64,000 nucleotides of DNA from the human T2T-CHM13v2.0 reference genome, Homo sapiens. Numbering within the stretch: the first letter of the stretch is position 1; every line of letters begins with the position of its first letter. The DNA lies in the NCBI RefSeq assembly GCF_009914755.1, contig NC_060946.1. One strand, given 5' to 3'. The position numbers were made by a program, and so were the translations under genes. Below, in pieces: positions 1 through 13,793 of this stretch. Under the pieces are notes generated by a model. The model saw nothing but the letters and a program-made list of their open reading frames with translations. It did not search any database and was not told the origin of the DNA.

Positions 1-76
1 AGAGAGTCAATTTCTGCTTGATTTAAGCCACCAAGTTTGTGGTAATTTATTATGGCTGCAATAACAAACTAATAAC
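1..76 (+). mobile_element. MLT1 (MaLR) LTR 3' end
   Basis: TTTAAGCCACCAAGTTTGTGGTAATTT...AAACTAATAACA terminal motif. Confidence 0.7.
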
Positions 77-307
77 AAAGCATGAGTTTGTGGATATCTC
101 ATGCTATCCACAAGAGATCCCCAAACAAGACAGAAGAGAACACCTCATTGATCACCACCAGCAGTAGAACCAAGGCACCTACTCTGTCTCTGAATAGTGG
201 CAATTGAAAAGGTAAAGAATTAAGCATTTATCCTGCCTTTCCTGTAAAAACTGCTTCTTAGGGTATTTAGAACCCTAGTTGATGGTTGGGGTGGCAGGAC
301 AGGAATT

Positions 308-596
308 CTTTTTTTTTTTTTCTTTGTGACACGCTCTCGCTCTGTCACCCAGGCTGGAGTACAGTAGTGGTGTGATCACAGCTCACTTCAGGCTCAACCT
401 CCTGGGCTCAACTGATCCTCCCACATAGCTGGGACTAAGGGCACATGCTACCATGCCTGGCTAATTTTTTTTTTTTTGGTAGATATGGGGTTTCGCCATG
501 TTGCCAAGGCTGGTCGAGAATTCTTGGGCTCAATGATCTGTTCACCTCAGCCTCTCAAAAAGTTGGGATTGCAGGCTTGAGCCTCTGTGCCCGACC
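308..596 (-). mobile_element. AluJ
   Basis: Poly-T followed by antisense Alu with J-type CCTGGGCTCAA. Confidence 0.9.
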
Positions 597-617
597 AATG
601 AATGAGGGGACTTCTTT

Positions 618-922
618 TTTTATTTTTATTATTTTTTTTTTGAGATGGTGTCTCACTCTGTCCCCCAGGCTGGAGTGTAGTGGCATGATCTCAGCTCACT
701 TCAAGCTCCATCTCCCGGGTTCACGGCATTCTCCTGCCTCAGCCTCCTGAGTAGCTGGGACTACAGGCACCCACCACCACACCCGGCTAATTTTTTGTAT
801 TTTTAGTAGAGACGTGGTTTCACCGCGTTAGCCAGGATGGTCTCGATCTCCTGACCTCGTGATCTGCCCGCCTCAGCCTCCCAAAGTGCTGGGATTATAG
901 GAGTGGGCCACCGAGCCTGGCC
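618..922 (-). mobile_element. AluY
   Basis: Y diagnostics (GTTAGCCAGGATGGTCTCGATC). TSD GAGGGGACTTCTTT at 604-617 and 923-936. Confidence 0.93.
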
Positions 923-1682
923 GAGGGGACTTCTTTACAGAAGAATGGCAGCAAATTAATGTGGAAGGAATGGCGAAATTTTAAAAAAATCCCCATTTTG
1001 CAATTCTTAATGAAAATATTGATTTAGGCAAAGATCATCAATGTATGATATCGCTAAATGAAAGATTGATGGGGAATTTCAGATGGAGAGATCAGACTAT
1101 CACCAACTGAATTTTCTAAGTAAAATTTGCATCACTAGGATGAAATAACTGTGTACCCCCTAATGTGAGGCAATATAAGTACCAAAACCATCTCAAAAGT
1201 ATTCCTGCCCCCAAATGGTGGACTTGAATATGATCAAGCCTTTTGAGGTAACTTTCAGTTTATAGGAAATATGGAGAGAGAGGAACAGTGAAAGACCTTA
1301 TAGGGAAGCAACAGACAGAAAGGGCATCCCCCATGATGGCTTCCTCGGCTTCCTCAGGGGGTCACTGCAGATAAAGGTCAGGGGTGGGGACAGTCAGGTA
1401 CTCTCCCTGTCTGCCTTAAATCCCAGAAGAGATTTAAGAGATGGCGCTATCAGATGAATGTGTGGATCTTGGTTAGATCCAGATTGAAACCCACCAGCTA
1501 TACAAAAGACACTTGAGTCATGGAAATGTGGTTAGAGACTGGGCATTGGATCTTCAGGAATTATCAATTTGAAGGGGGAGTTGGGAAGTGATAATAGACT
1601 GTGTTTATATGAGAAAATTATCCATAATTTTTAGAAATGCAAACTGAAATAGGCTAAAACGACATGTGGTCTGAGATTTGTT

Positions 1683-1951
<269 letters not shown>

Positions 1952-1994
1952 TGAGATTTGTTTTAAAATGCTTTAAAAAATAAAGGTGGGATAA

Positions 1995-2292
1995 GTCGAG
2001 TGGAGTGGCTCATGCCTGTAATTCCAGCACTTTGGGTGGCCGAGGCAGGCGGATCAGTTGAACCAGGAGTTCGAGACCAGCTTGGGCAACACACCAAAAC
2101 CTCATCTCTACAAAAATTAGTTGGGCATGGTGGCACACACCTGTAGTCCTAGCTACTTGGGAGGCTGGGGTGGGAGGATCACTTGAACCCAGGAGAGTGA
2201 GGCTGAAGTGAGCTGAGATTGCACTCCTGCACTCTAATTTGAGCAACAGAGTGAGACTCTGTCTCAAAAAAAGAGAAAAGTAAAAGAAAAAA
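1995..2292 (+). mobile_element. AluJ
   Basis: Dimeric Alu with A-rich tail. Confidence 0.9.
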
Positions 2293-3151
2293 AATGGAGG
2301 GTGGGGTAGGGAAAAGTAGCAGATTACAATCTTGGTAACTTCCAATGAGGTGCTGAGTGATGGGTCTAGGTGTTCACTATATTATATCCTTTTGCATGTT
2401 TGAAAACTTTTGCAATAATTTTTCAAAACAGTAGAGAAGATGGCTAGGTGTGAATATCACAACTGTGTCCCTGCAGGGCTAATGGAAGCCTCAGTTTTCC
2501 CAATGTCATGTGTAATAGCACTGGTGACTTAAGATGTACTATATAATTTCTATGACAGCATCATACACAGATGCAAGATGCAAGTGTACTGCATCTCAAA
2601 CAACTTAGATTGACGGGAGGATGATGTGTTTTTTGGAAACTGCATTAGATGACTCAAAAAGAGGCTCTGTGACACTGATTACAAAGATGCGGGTAGAGTT
2701 TTAAGAGGCTCGTTTGCAACCTAAGAGTCCCGACTAATCCAACCAGAGTGGACAGATTTACAACTTCTTGACCTGAAGGCTTGCTATAGAAGGATGAGAA
2801 AAAAAAAATGTAAGAAGGCTATTGAAAGGAGAAAGCACAGTAAGAGATCATACTTTAGAAAACGATGATCTGTTTACTTCCTGAGTGCAAAAGACTTCAC
2901 TGACTTATTCAGATCATGGGTATCTATTAAATCACGGCTCTGATGTTTAAATTTAGCAGAAAAAAAAAAAAGTAACCCATGCTCTTTAAGATAATCTACC
3001 CTCTAAGCATACTATCCATGCCTAATGAAACCTTGCAATGTAAGTCTCTCTTATTAAAATTATGTTAACAGCTTTCTATTTTTAAATTACTTGAATATTA
3101 ATTTGTGAAAACATTTCAGAATAATCATTTTAAAATAAATAAGTGTTTCAT

Positions 3152-3444
3152 GGCTGGGCGCGGTGGCCTGTAATCCCAGCACTTTGGGAGGCCGAGGCGG
3201 GTGGATCACCTGAGGTCAGGAGTTCGAGACCAGCCTGGCCGACATGGTGAATCCTCGTCGCTACTAAAAATACAAAAATTAGCCAGGCGTGGTGGTGGGC
3301 ACCTGTAATCCCAGCTACTCAGGAGGCTGAGGCAGGAGAATCACTTAAACCCAGGTAGCGGAGGTTGCAGTGAGCCGAGATGAGATTGTGCCACTGCACT
3401 CCAGTCCAGGTGACAGAGCAATACCCTGTCTCAAAAAAAAAAAA
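3152..3444 (+). mobile_element. AluSx-like
   Basis: GGCTGGGCGCGGTGG...CACCTGAGGTCAGGAG with poly-A. Confidence 0.92.
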
Positions 3445-3499
3445 GAGTGTGTTGCTCTAAACCGGGCCTCACTAAGTAATTACCAACAGGACCAGTGTG

Positions 3500-4170
3500 A
3501 AGAAAAAAAGTTTATTAAGAGAAAAATTTTAAAAAATCTGAGTAAATTGAGAGCTGTAACATATTTCTAGACAGGAAAACTCGACATTGTGAAGATGTCA
3601 GGTCTCCACAAATTAATCTGTAAATTCAAGACCAAAATTCAAATGAGAATCATTCCAAATGAGAATTTTAGAGAAACTCACAAGCCAGTGCTCATTCATC
3701 TGAAGAAAAAATGGGCAAAAATAACCAATATAATTTTGGAAAAGTAAAACAATGGAGATTTGCTCTAATATAAAACATTCCTCTAGCAACTAAAACAGTG
3801 TAAATATTCATGTATAGATGTGTACACATATCAGTTTGGTTTATGTTAAATACAGGTGGCATTTCGAGTGGAGGAGGAAGAGTGATGTGTGGTAGCTGTC
3901 TATCAAATAAAGCCATAATTCCTCCACATTATACACAAAAATAAATTCCAGGGTATTTAATGAGATAATAAAAAAGCTAAAAATACAAAAAAGGAATATA
4001 TTCTTATTGTGGAGTACAGATACTCTGGGCTTTCCTAAGCAAACCCCAAACCTGGAAACCACAAAGGAGGAGATGAATGGATACGAGGACATGAATGAAA
4101 AGTTGGCATGTGACAGAGATCTCAGAATCCAAATTAAAAGACAGGAGGAAAAATTACATTGCATGACCTT
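3500..4170 (+). mobile_element. Degenerate L1M ORF2 fragment
   Basis: ACTCGACATTGTGAAGATGTCA...AAATTAATCTGTAAATTCAA resembles L1 ORF2. Confidence 0.65.
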
Positions 4171-4684
4171 CTGTGGAGCATGTTTTAGTTTGTAAGTCTA
4201 TCTGCTTAGATAGCGCATACTTACTAAAATTCCTAACTGGCTCTTGTCCTAGGGAAGAGAGGGGGTAGGAGGCCTGAACTGTGTTTGGGTGTCCAGGAAG
4301 TAAGGCAATTTGTATCAAATGAGTCGCCTGTTTGCTAGTGGTAATTTCATCCGTTAGTCATTGGGAAGGAAGAGCTTGCTTTAAAAATGCCACAGAAAGA
4401 TGGACGTTAATTTCATAGGTGGTAATTTAGGAATTCTTCTCACATGGCTACAAAAATAAGTCAGTCCAAAAGTGGAGGCTATTTGTGGCCTGGCGTTTTT
4501 CTGTGTACTTTTTTTTTTTTTTTTTCTTAGTTACTGTCATCCATTGTCTGTTCCATTAGGTTATTTGGGGCAGGCTAACAGGACTTACACAGTCCTTCCC
4601 CTTGGAAGGATCAGCCTTGCCCACGGTCCCTTAGATTCTGTCATTGAGCTGTAGTGACCTGGGTTCTGGGGCACCCTGCAGTCA

Positions 4685-4860
4685 CACTGTTTAGACTGTC
4701 TGTGTCCTCTCCTGTCACCCCCTCTGGACATGGGCTCCTTGAAGGCAGGGGATGAGTGGGGTTCACTGTGTATTCTGAGGGTCAGACTCAGTGTCTGGCT
4801 CAGGGTAAGGATGCAGCACCTATCTTTTGAATGAGCGAATGGGTGAATGAACAGATGAGT
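4685..4860 (+). mobile_element. L2 3' end
   Basis: CTCCTTGAAGGCAGGG...TGAATGAGCGAATGGGTGAATGAA tail. Confidence 0.65.
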
Positions 4861-5325
4861 TGTCTTTTCCTTTTCCTCCCAATGAGTCTATGTATTTAAT
4901 AGCCTATATTAGACATAGCTAATATACCAAGTATTTGACTCGTTAGAGACAGCTGTGGCAAAGATTTGATTCTTCAAATGGTGCGAGATCAGAAATTCTT
5001 GAATTCATTTGAATGTGCAGAAATATTGTATAGGTTATAACATCATATTTCAACCCCAAATTTGGACAGATTTGGCACTATAGCTTTTATAAACTATGAA
5101 AAATAGTTTTCTCTAAACAATGCTACGGCAGCTTATGTGAGAAAAATACTAGAGAAAAGCTAATGATTTATTAATGAGTAAGGAAATATGCAAATATGAA
5201 ACTAGAATCAACTGGGGGCAGAAGTAGGGAAGTGGGAGTAAATGCCTAAAATCTTTGGGAGTACTTTTTCTGGAAGACTTTGATTTGTTTTGAAAAGTGG
5301 CTTTGAAAGCTCTGCTTTAGCCATG

Positions 5326-5930
5326 TGGTGGTTCCCCCATTATCTGTGGTTTTGCTTTCAGCAGTTTCAGTTGTCTGGAGTCAATTGAGGCCTGAAAATG
5401 TTACATGGAAAATTCCAGAAATAGATAATTGCTAAGTTTTAACTTGCATGCCATTTTGACTAGAAAGATGAAATCTTGCACCATTCTGTCTGGAACGTGA
5501 TTCCTTTGTTCAAGGAATCCTCAGTGTAGATGCTACTGCCCTGTGGGTCCCTTAGTACCTGGCTTAGGTATCAGATCCTTTGTAACCCTTATTTTATTGA
5601 ATGATGGCCCCAAAGTGTGTGAGTAGCGATGCTGGCAGTTCAGATATGCCAAAGGGAAGCTGCAAAGTGCTGCCTCAGTGAAAAGGTGAACATTCTCAAT
5701 GTAAGAGAACAGAATAAATCATATGCGGAGGTTTCTAAGAAGTAAGAATGTTCTATCCATGAAATTGTGAAGAGTATATTGTTATAATTGTTCTATTAGC
5801 AGTTATTGTTGATCCCTTACTGTGCCTAACTGATAAATTTAACTTTATCATAGATGTGTATGTATAGGAAAAAACAGTAAATATAGGATTCTTATACTAT
5901 CTGCAGGTTCAGGTATCCACTGGCCTTGTA
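5326..5930 (+). mobile_element. MER44 (Tigger7-derived DNA transposon)
   Basis: Starts GTGGTTCCCCCATTATCTGTGGTTTTGCTTTC and contains ATGGAAAATTCCAGAAAT. Ends CAGGTATCCACTGG. Confidence 0.85.
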
Positions 5931-6074
5931 TTTCTTTTTTTAGTCAAGATGATTTGAGAAACTTAGATACAGGGAAACCCTGTGCCCGGTCACTTGAATG
6001 GAAAGGCCGTCTTTATTAATGAAAACATGGCTTAAGCTGTTGTAACCAAGAGACCCCAAAATGAGATGGCCCCC

Positions 6075-6193
6075 ACGTCCAGGCCACACCACAGACCATT
6101 TACATCAGACTCTCCCTGGAGAGGCCCAGTCACCAAGCTTTTTAGAATTCTTCCCAGGTAATCCTAAAGTCTAGGTAAAGTGGAGAACCACTG
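6075..6193. mobile_element. MER5A (hAT-Charlie) fragment
   Basis: CCAGGCCACACCACAGACC...CCCAGGTAATCCTAA...GAGAACCACTG. Confidence 0.7.
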
Positions 6194-7419
6194 GCCTGGA
6201 GTTATTCAGAACTGACTAGGGAGGGGACTGGGTTTTGCAGCCCACAGCTTTCCCTCATCCTGGGCTTGTAGAACAGCTCTGCCTGCCTCGCTATAGGGCC
6301 TTCACCTCTCGGCCAAGCCTCGTGTTATGGGTGTTTCCCACTCAGGAGGAAGTGGGGTGCACAAGTTCCTTTTAAGGAAGTGAAGTGGAAGTAGCATGTT
6401 TCACTCACATTCCATTGGCGTGTGCTAGGACCTGTGACTATGTAACCGCAATAGAGGTTGGGAAATGTGATGTGAATCTGGTTGGCCATCTGCCCTGCTC
6501 ATTTTTGAGGTGGGAAGGTTTCTGTTACTGATAGGTAGAATGTAATGGTTACCATGCTATCCATTAATTAAAACTATTTATTATCAATTACCAATTATCA
6601 ATTCTAAAGCTGAACAGAGTTCAACTGACCTCATATATATGTCATGTGAGATAATTATACACATACACACACAGGCAAGCTATGAGCTAGATGCAAAGAC
6701 TTGGGAGAGGCTTTAGTTTACGTTAATTACAAAGTTTTAAAGTTTACATTTACTAAGCTTTTAGTTTATATTAATCATAAAGTTGTTGCTCTTTGTTCCA
6801 CTGTCATTTATGAGTTGTTTAGGAGTGGAAACACTGCTGTGGGTGACTTTTTCATTTGTTTGGGCTCCCTTGGTGCAAACTTAGAGGCAGAAAAGCGTTT
6901 TCAGCCAAAACGTATTCCAGTGATGTCAGTTGCAATCCTGGGTCATCACATAAAGGTTATAGCAACTTCAAGGGTGTAGAATCTGAAAAAAGTTAAGGTT
7001 AAATAGGAATATCATTTCTGGTAGGGCATGACATTTTCTAGAGCCCCCTTTTAATTATCTTGCTATATACACTCTTACTTGTAGAAACCATTCTTGAAGG
7101 GTTGGGGAAGGCTCCACGGTGTTGGTGGGTACAGATTTAGTATAAATGAATTAGTCTTACTCATCTTTCTATATTCTTGTGACCAGAATACTTCCAGACC
7201 CATAACAGATTCTTAGCAAATATTAACTGACATGAATATGCTTATATCATTGTGTAGTTTATTTAGAAAAATGATACTCTTTCACTCCTTTGTGGACATT
7301 TCACAGTGACATGTTGAGTCCTTTGGTATGCAACAGTGTTGAAGGTGGGGGATTGAGTACTAGAATGATTGCTGATGTCTCTTCAAGGGTGGTGGGAGAC
7401 ACAGGGACTTCTATCATTA

Positions 7420-7683
7420 ACAGTTAGAAAGAGTGAATAAGACCTGCTGTGCAATAACACAACAGAGTGACTATAGTCAATAATAACTTAATTGTACATT
7501 TTAAAATAAAGAGTATAATTGGATAATTTGTAACTCAGAGGAGAAATGCTGGAGGGGTTGGATACTCCATTCTTCATGATGTGCTTATTTCACATTGCAT
7601 GTCTATATCAAAACATTTCATGTCCCCGTAAATATATCTACCTACTGTGTACACACAAATGTTAAAAGATAAATTAAAAAAAA
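7420..7683 (+). mobile_element. L1MA 3' end, 5'-truncated
   Basis: GTGACTATAGTCAATAATAACTTAATTGTACATTTTAAAATAA with A tail. Confidence 0.85.
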
Positions 7684-8049
7684 TCATGACAGTCCATTGT
7701 GGGAAATGATATAGCAGTGATGTACAGCAAGCAGTAGGAACAGAGGTGGGAGGGCTCACCTCTGCAGAGTTGGGGAGGGCTGCATAGTCTTGGTGACCCC
7801 TGAACTGGGTCATGGAGGATGAGTAGGAGATTTTCATGTGAAAAGGAAAGGGCATTAGAGGGAATGGTATTTACAGAGTGATGGAGCTGTGGAAGAGCCT
7901 GTGTCTTTCATGAAAAATGAAAAAATCAAGTGTGGCTGCAGTGTGAGAAAGACAACAGCAAGACCTGGTTGAGGCAGCCTCCTTGAAAATGCTCCCTGCA
8001 GTACACTAAGGGGTTTGGACGTTGGGCAAAGCGAGAGGCCCTTGCAATC

Positions 8050-8360
<311 letters not shown>

Positions 8361-8540
8361 TGAGATGATTACATGGTCCGATTTATATTTTAGAAAAATT
8401 ACTCTTGGAAACAAGGAGGCTGCAACCCTCCCTGCATGAGGCTTCCTGACCCTAGTCTCTGTCCTCTAATAATGCCACAGCCATAGAACATAGTCTCTTC
8501 TGTATTATTCCTGATTTAAAGGATTTTGATGAAAAGGTAA

Positions 8541-9249
<709 letters not shown>

Positions 9250-9925
9250 TGTTGTAACTAATTTAAAGGGATAGTTTCAAGTATAAAGGTTCAGTCTCTT
9301 TGATTAGGTAAACCGAGGACACCATAAATTTATTTGTCATTCAGCTGGTGTCTGTTTGGGGATGATTTTTGTATCTGATGACTGTGGGCCAGTGAAATTC
9401 AAGTATATTTATTGTCACCTTAATATCTAGTTATATTGCAAAGAAAAAGGCATTAAAACAGAATGTGGATTATCAAAATATTATAGGAAAAGCACAAAAT
9501 AAATTTGTAGTTAGCCTAATTGGGTTGTTATCTGAACATAGATTGTCCTGTGCTGAATTGTTTAGTACTATGCAAATTATATGAGACTTTCCTGTAAAAG
9601 ACATAAGAAACTGAGGAAACTCAAAGAGTTGACATTAAACTATTTAAGATTCTTTTACAGACTACATCAGAATCCTGGTGGAGTTTAGTGGTTTTAAATC
9701 TAGTGGTCAAGTCTTTATTGTGACTTTGGATAACAGAGCTCTGTTTTGCGTGCTTGATGAGTGGTTTGTGGAAAATACTTAGTAACTACATATAAGGAAA
9801 GTAGTTTCATTTTGGGGGAACAGAATCTTGATATGATTGTGTGGTCATTAAAAAGAATCTTTTGGTTTTCTTGAGGGTCAGTAATGGTAACAATTCTCAT
9901 TTGTGTGCTGCTTATAGTTCATTAA

Positions 9926-10212
9926 TTTTTTTTTTTTTTTTTTGAGACAAGGTTTGTCGCCCAGGCTGGAGTACAGTGGTAAGATCATAGCTCACTGCAG
10001 CCTCAAACCCCTGGGCTCAAGTAATTCTCCTACCTCAGCCTCCTGAGTAACTGAGACTACAGGTTCATGCCACCATCTTGGCTAGCTTTTTAATTTGTTT
10101 TTGTAGAGAGGGGTTCTCGCTATGTTGCCCAGGCAGTTCTCGAACTCCTGGCCTGAAGTGATGCTTCTGCCTCAGCCTCCCGAAGAGCTGAGATTATAGA
10201 GCCACCAAGCCC
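9926..10212 (-). mobile_element. AluJ
   Basis: Antisense Alu, flanking repeat CTGCTTATAGTT. Confidence 0.9.
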
Positions 10213-10869
10213 ACTCACTGCTTATAGTTTAGAAAACACTGTTTTACAAACTTGTTCAACCTTTATGACTACCTTATTATGTGCTACTAGTTTTTCTAGG
10301 CAATATGTTACCTATTAATTAAAATATTTGCTTAAATGCATTTTATTTTGGACATTAGAATAAAACATAATTAAACCTCAGATAGAATATGTAGGATTTT
10401 AATAATGTGAGGTTATCTAGCAGTGTCCTAAACATTGTAGTTTCTCTACCAGTAAGGTGTTGACGTACAACCTAGCCCACCTATTCTTGGCCCGTAGGGA
10501 GCAGATATCTGGTGTCTGGTCTTTCAACCACTTTCGTAGTAGAAAATAAATTAAAATTATAATACAATATTTATTATACTTACCATGGATTTAAGTAGCA
10601 GTAGGCCATGACAGGTAGGGCTGGTATATTTCCAGCCAGTTGGTATTAAATTAACACAAGTCATTATGCCTCCAAGCAGTATACAGTGTATGATATACAT
10701 AACTCTTATTTTGGTGAGGAGGAGTATAAAAGTAATAACCCTGGACTCTGGAGGCCGGAATTTGATGCTTTAAAACTTTGTATAATGAAAATTTTAAACA
10801 TTTACAGAACGAGAGAATAGGAGTATGAAATTGATACAGCCATCACTCGGCTTTCTCAGTTATTAATAC

Positions 10870-11233
10870 TGTATTAGTCTGTTCTCACACTGCTAATAAA
10901 GACATACCTGAGACTGGATAATTTATAAAGGAAAGAGGTTTGATGGACTCACAGTTCCACATGGCTGGGGAGGCCTCACAATCATGGTGGAAGGTGAAGG
11001 AGGAGCAAAGGCATGTCTTACATGGCAGCAGGCAAGAGAGTGTGTGCAGGGGAACTCCCCTTTATAAAACCATCAGATCTCGTGAGACTAATTCACTATC
11101 ATGAAAACAGCATGGGAAAGATCCGGCTCCATGATTCAATGACCTCCCACTGGGTCCCTCCCTCAACTCGTGGGAATTATGGGAGCTAGAATTCAAGATG
11201 AGATTTGGATGGGGACACAGCCAAACCATATCA
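10870..11233 (-). mobile_element. THE1B-like MaLR solo LTR (364 bp)
   Basis: TGTATTAGTC...CCAAACCATATCA. Perfect TSD AATAC at 10865-10869 and 11234-11238. Confidence 0.92.
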
Positions 11234-11690
11234 AATACATAGCTAATTTTGTTTTATCTATACCTCCTATTTCCCTTAGATTATTTTGAAGCATGTCTAG
11301 AGATCATATATATAATTTCATCTTTAAATATTTCTATATGCATTCCTGAAAGATAAAAACTCTTTCAGAATACAAAAGTGAAAGTGGAATACAATGCCAC
11401 TGCGAAAAAAATGTTCCCTTAATATTATCAAATAGTCAATGCACATTCTCATTTCTCTATTTTTTTTTTTAAAGAATACTGTTTTACTTGAATTGAGTTT
11501 TTAATAAGGTCCATACATTATGCCTGATTGTTATTTCTTTTGATTCTTTTTTGACCTATACATTCCTCTTCTATCATTATTTTCTCTTGAGACTTTTTGT
11601 TAAAGATATCAGGTCATTTTGTTGTGTAGTTTCCCCACACTCAGGGTTTTACTTACTGCATCCTAATGGTGCAATTAAAACAAACAAACA

Positions 11691-11985
11691 GGCCGGGCGC
11701 GGTGGCTCATGCCTGTAATCCTAGCATTTTGGAAGGCTGAGGCGGATGGATCATAAGGTCAAGAGATCGAGACTCTCCTGGCCAACATGTTGAAACCTTA
11801 TCTCTACTAAAAATACAAAAAATTAGCCAGGCATGGTGGTGGGCACCCACAGTCCCAGCTACTCGAGAGGCTGAGGGAGGAGTATCACTTGAACTTGGGA
11901 GGTGGAGGTTGCGCCACTGCACTCCAGCCTAGCGACAGAGCGATACTGCGTCTCAAAACAATAAAACAAAAAACAAACAAACAAA
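11691..11985 (+). mobile_element. AluSc-like with small right-arm deletion
   Basis: GGCCGGGCGCGGTGG start, (CAAA)n tail. Confidence 0.9.
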
Positions 11986-12102
11986 TAGCATTATTGAGGT
12001 ATAATTAACCTAAGATAAACAACATATTACAAGTGCACAGTTTGGTGAGTTTATCTACATTGGCAAAACCATTACCCAAATTCAGATAATGAACGTCTCA
12101 AT

Positions 12103-12847
12103 TGTCTTACCAGCTGGGCGTTCTACAATTCAATTTGATTTTGACACCACCTTAAGTTAGCAGAGACCCCCTCCCCACTGCTAGGTTAAGGGCTCATTCC
12201 CACAAGACTGCCCCAATTCAGATGCCAGCTAGGAATGGGGTTCCCAGTCTCCCATACTTCTGCCTGGCTGACCACAAATTCACGGGCTCCCATGACCATC
12301 CTCTCCGGTGTGCTGTGTCACTAGAACAACTCACAGAACTCAGGAAAATGCTATCCTTATGATTAGTTTTATTATGAAAGATGCAACTCAGGAATAGCAA
12401 AATGGAAGAGGTACATGGTGCAGGGTCTTGCAGGGAGGGGTAGAGAGCAGAGCTTCTGTGCCCTCTCTGAGTGCACCACCTTCCCATCTCATGATGTGTT
12501 CACCTGGAAGCTCTCCAAACTCTTCAAGAGTTTTTAAGCAAAGTAGGCTTGATTGCAGAAAGCTTTGGGTGTTGGTGACAGAACTCAATCCCCAGCCTCC
12601 CTGAGGTCAGGGGATAAGGGTGAAAGTCTTAACCCTCTAGTCACACTTTTGCTTCCTCTGGCAACAAGCCCCCATATTGAACTATCTAGAAGCCCACCAA
12701 GAGTCAGCTCATTAGCATAAACTCAGGTATGGTTGAAAAGGGCTCCTTAGGAATAAAAGACACTCCTATCAGGAAATTTCAAGCGTTTTTGGAGCTCTGT
12801 GTCAGGAACCAGAGACAAAAACTAAATATATTTTTTATTATACCACA
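12103..12847 (-). mobile_element. MER21-family LTR
   Basis: Ends GGAAATTTCCAAG...AAATATATTTTTTATTATACCACA, the reverse of the MER21 5' end. Confidence 0.75.
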
Positions 12848-12849
12848 TG

Positions 12850-13793
12850 CACCATCCTTAAAAGTTTGCTCCTGCCTCTTTGTAATCAAACGTTGTGTAC
12901 TTTTTTGGGGGGTCTGGCTTCTTTAAATCAGCAGTTATTCTGAGATCCATCTGGGTTTTTAAATGTATTCATAGTTCATTCATTTTATTGCTGAGTACTG
13001 TTTCATTATAGTGATATGCATATTTACTTACCCATTGTGGCTATTGTGTTGCTTCCAGCTTTTGACCATCACAGATAAAGCTGCTGAGAATATCCATGTA
13101 TAAATATTTGTATGGATATATGCTTTCATTTCTCTCAGGTAAAATACCTAAAAATGGAATGGATTTATCAAATGGTAGGTGTAGTTTAACTTTACTCTCT
13201 AAGAAGCTGCCAAAGTGTTTTCCAAAGTGTGTGCTTCATTTGACATTCCCACTAGCAGTGTATGAGAATTCCAGTTACTCCATATCCCTCCCAACATTTA
13301 GTATGGTCTTTTGTAATTGTAGCCACTCTAATAGGTATGTAGTGGAATCTTCTTGTGATTTTAATTCGCCTTTTCCTAATGACTAATGATGTTGAACAAC
13401 TTTTCATATGCTTATTTGCCACCCACATATCTTCTTTGAAGTGTCTATTCAAATCATTTGCCCATTTTTTATTAGGTTATTTTCTTATTCTTGAGCTTTA
13501 AAGCGTCTTTATTTATGTTGGGTACAGATCTTCAATTGGATAGATGGTTTGCCAGTGTTTTCTCTCGGCATGTGGCTTGTCTTTTCATCCTCTTAAGTGT
13601 CTTTTCAGGAGCAGCAGTTTTTAATTTTGACGAAATTAATTTATCAGTTTTTCTCTTATTATTCATGTTTTTGCTCTCATGTCTAAAGTCTTTGCTTGAA
13701 CTAGTCACAAAGTTTTTTTTTATATTTTCTTTGAGAACTTTTATAGTTTTAGGCTTTATATTTAGACCTATGGTCAATCTTGAATTACTTTTT
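12850..13793 (-). mobile_element. L1MB-like 3' fragment (host of the next element)
   Basis: Antisense ORF2 C-terminus (ORF 13252-13452 MNRHFKEDMWVANKHMKSCSTSL). Confidence 0.85.
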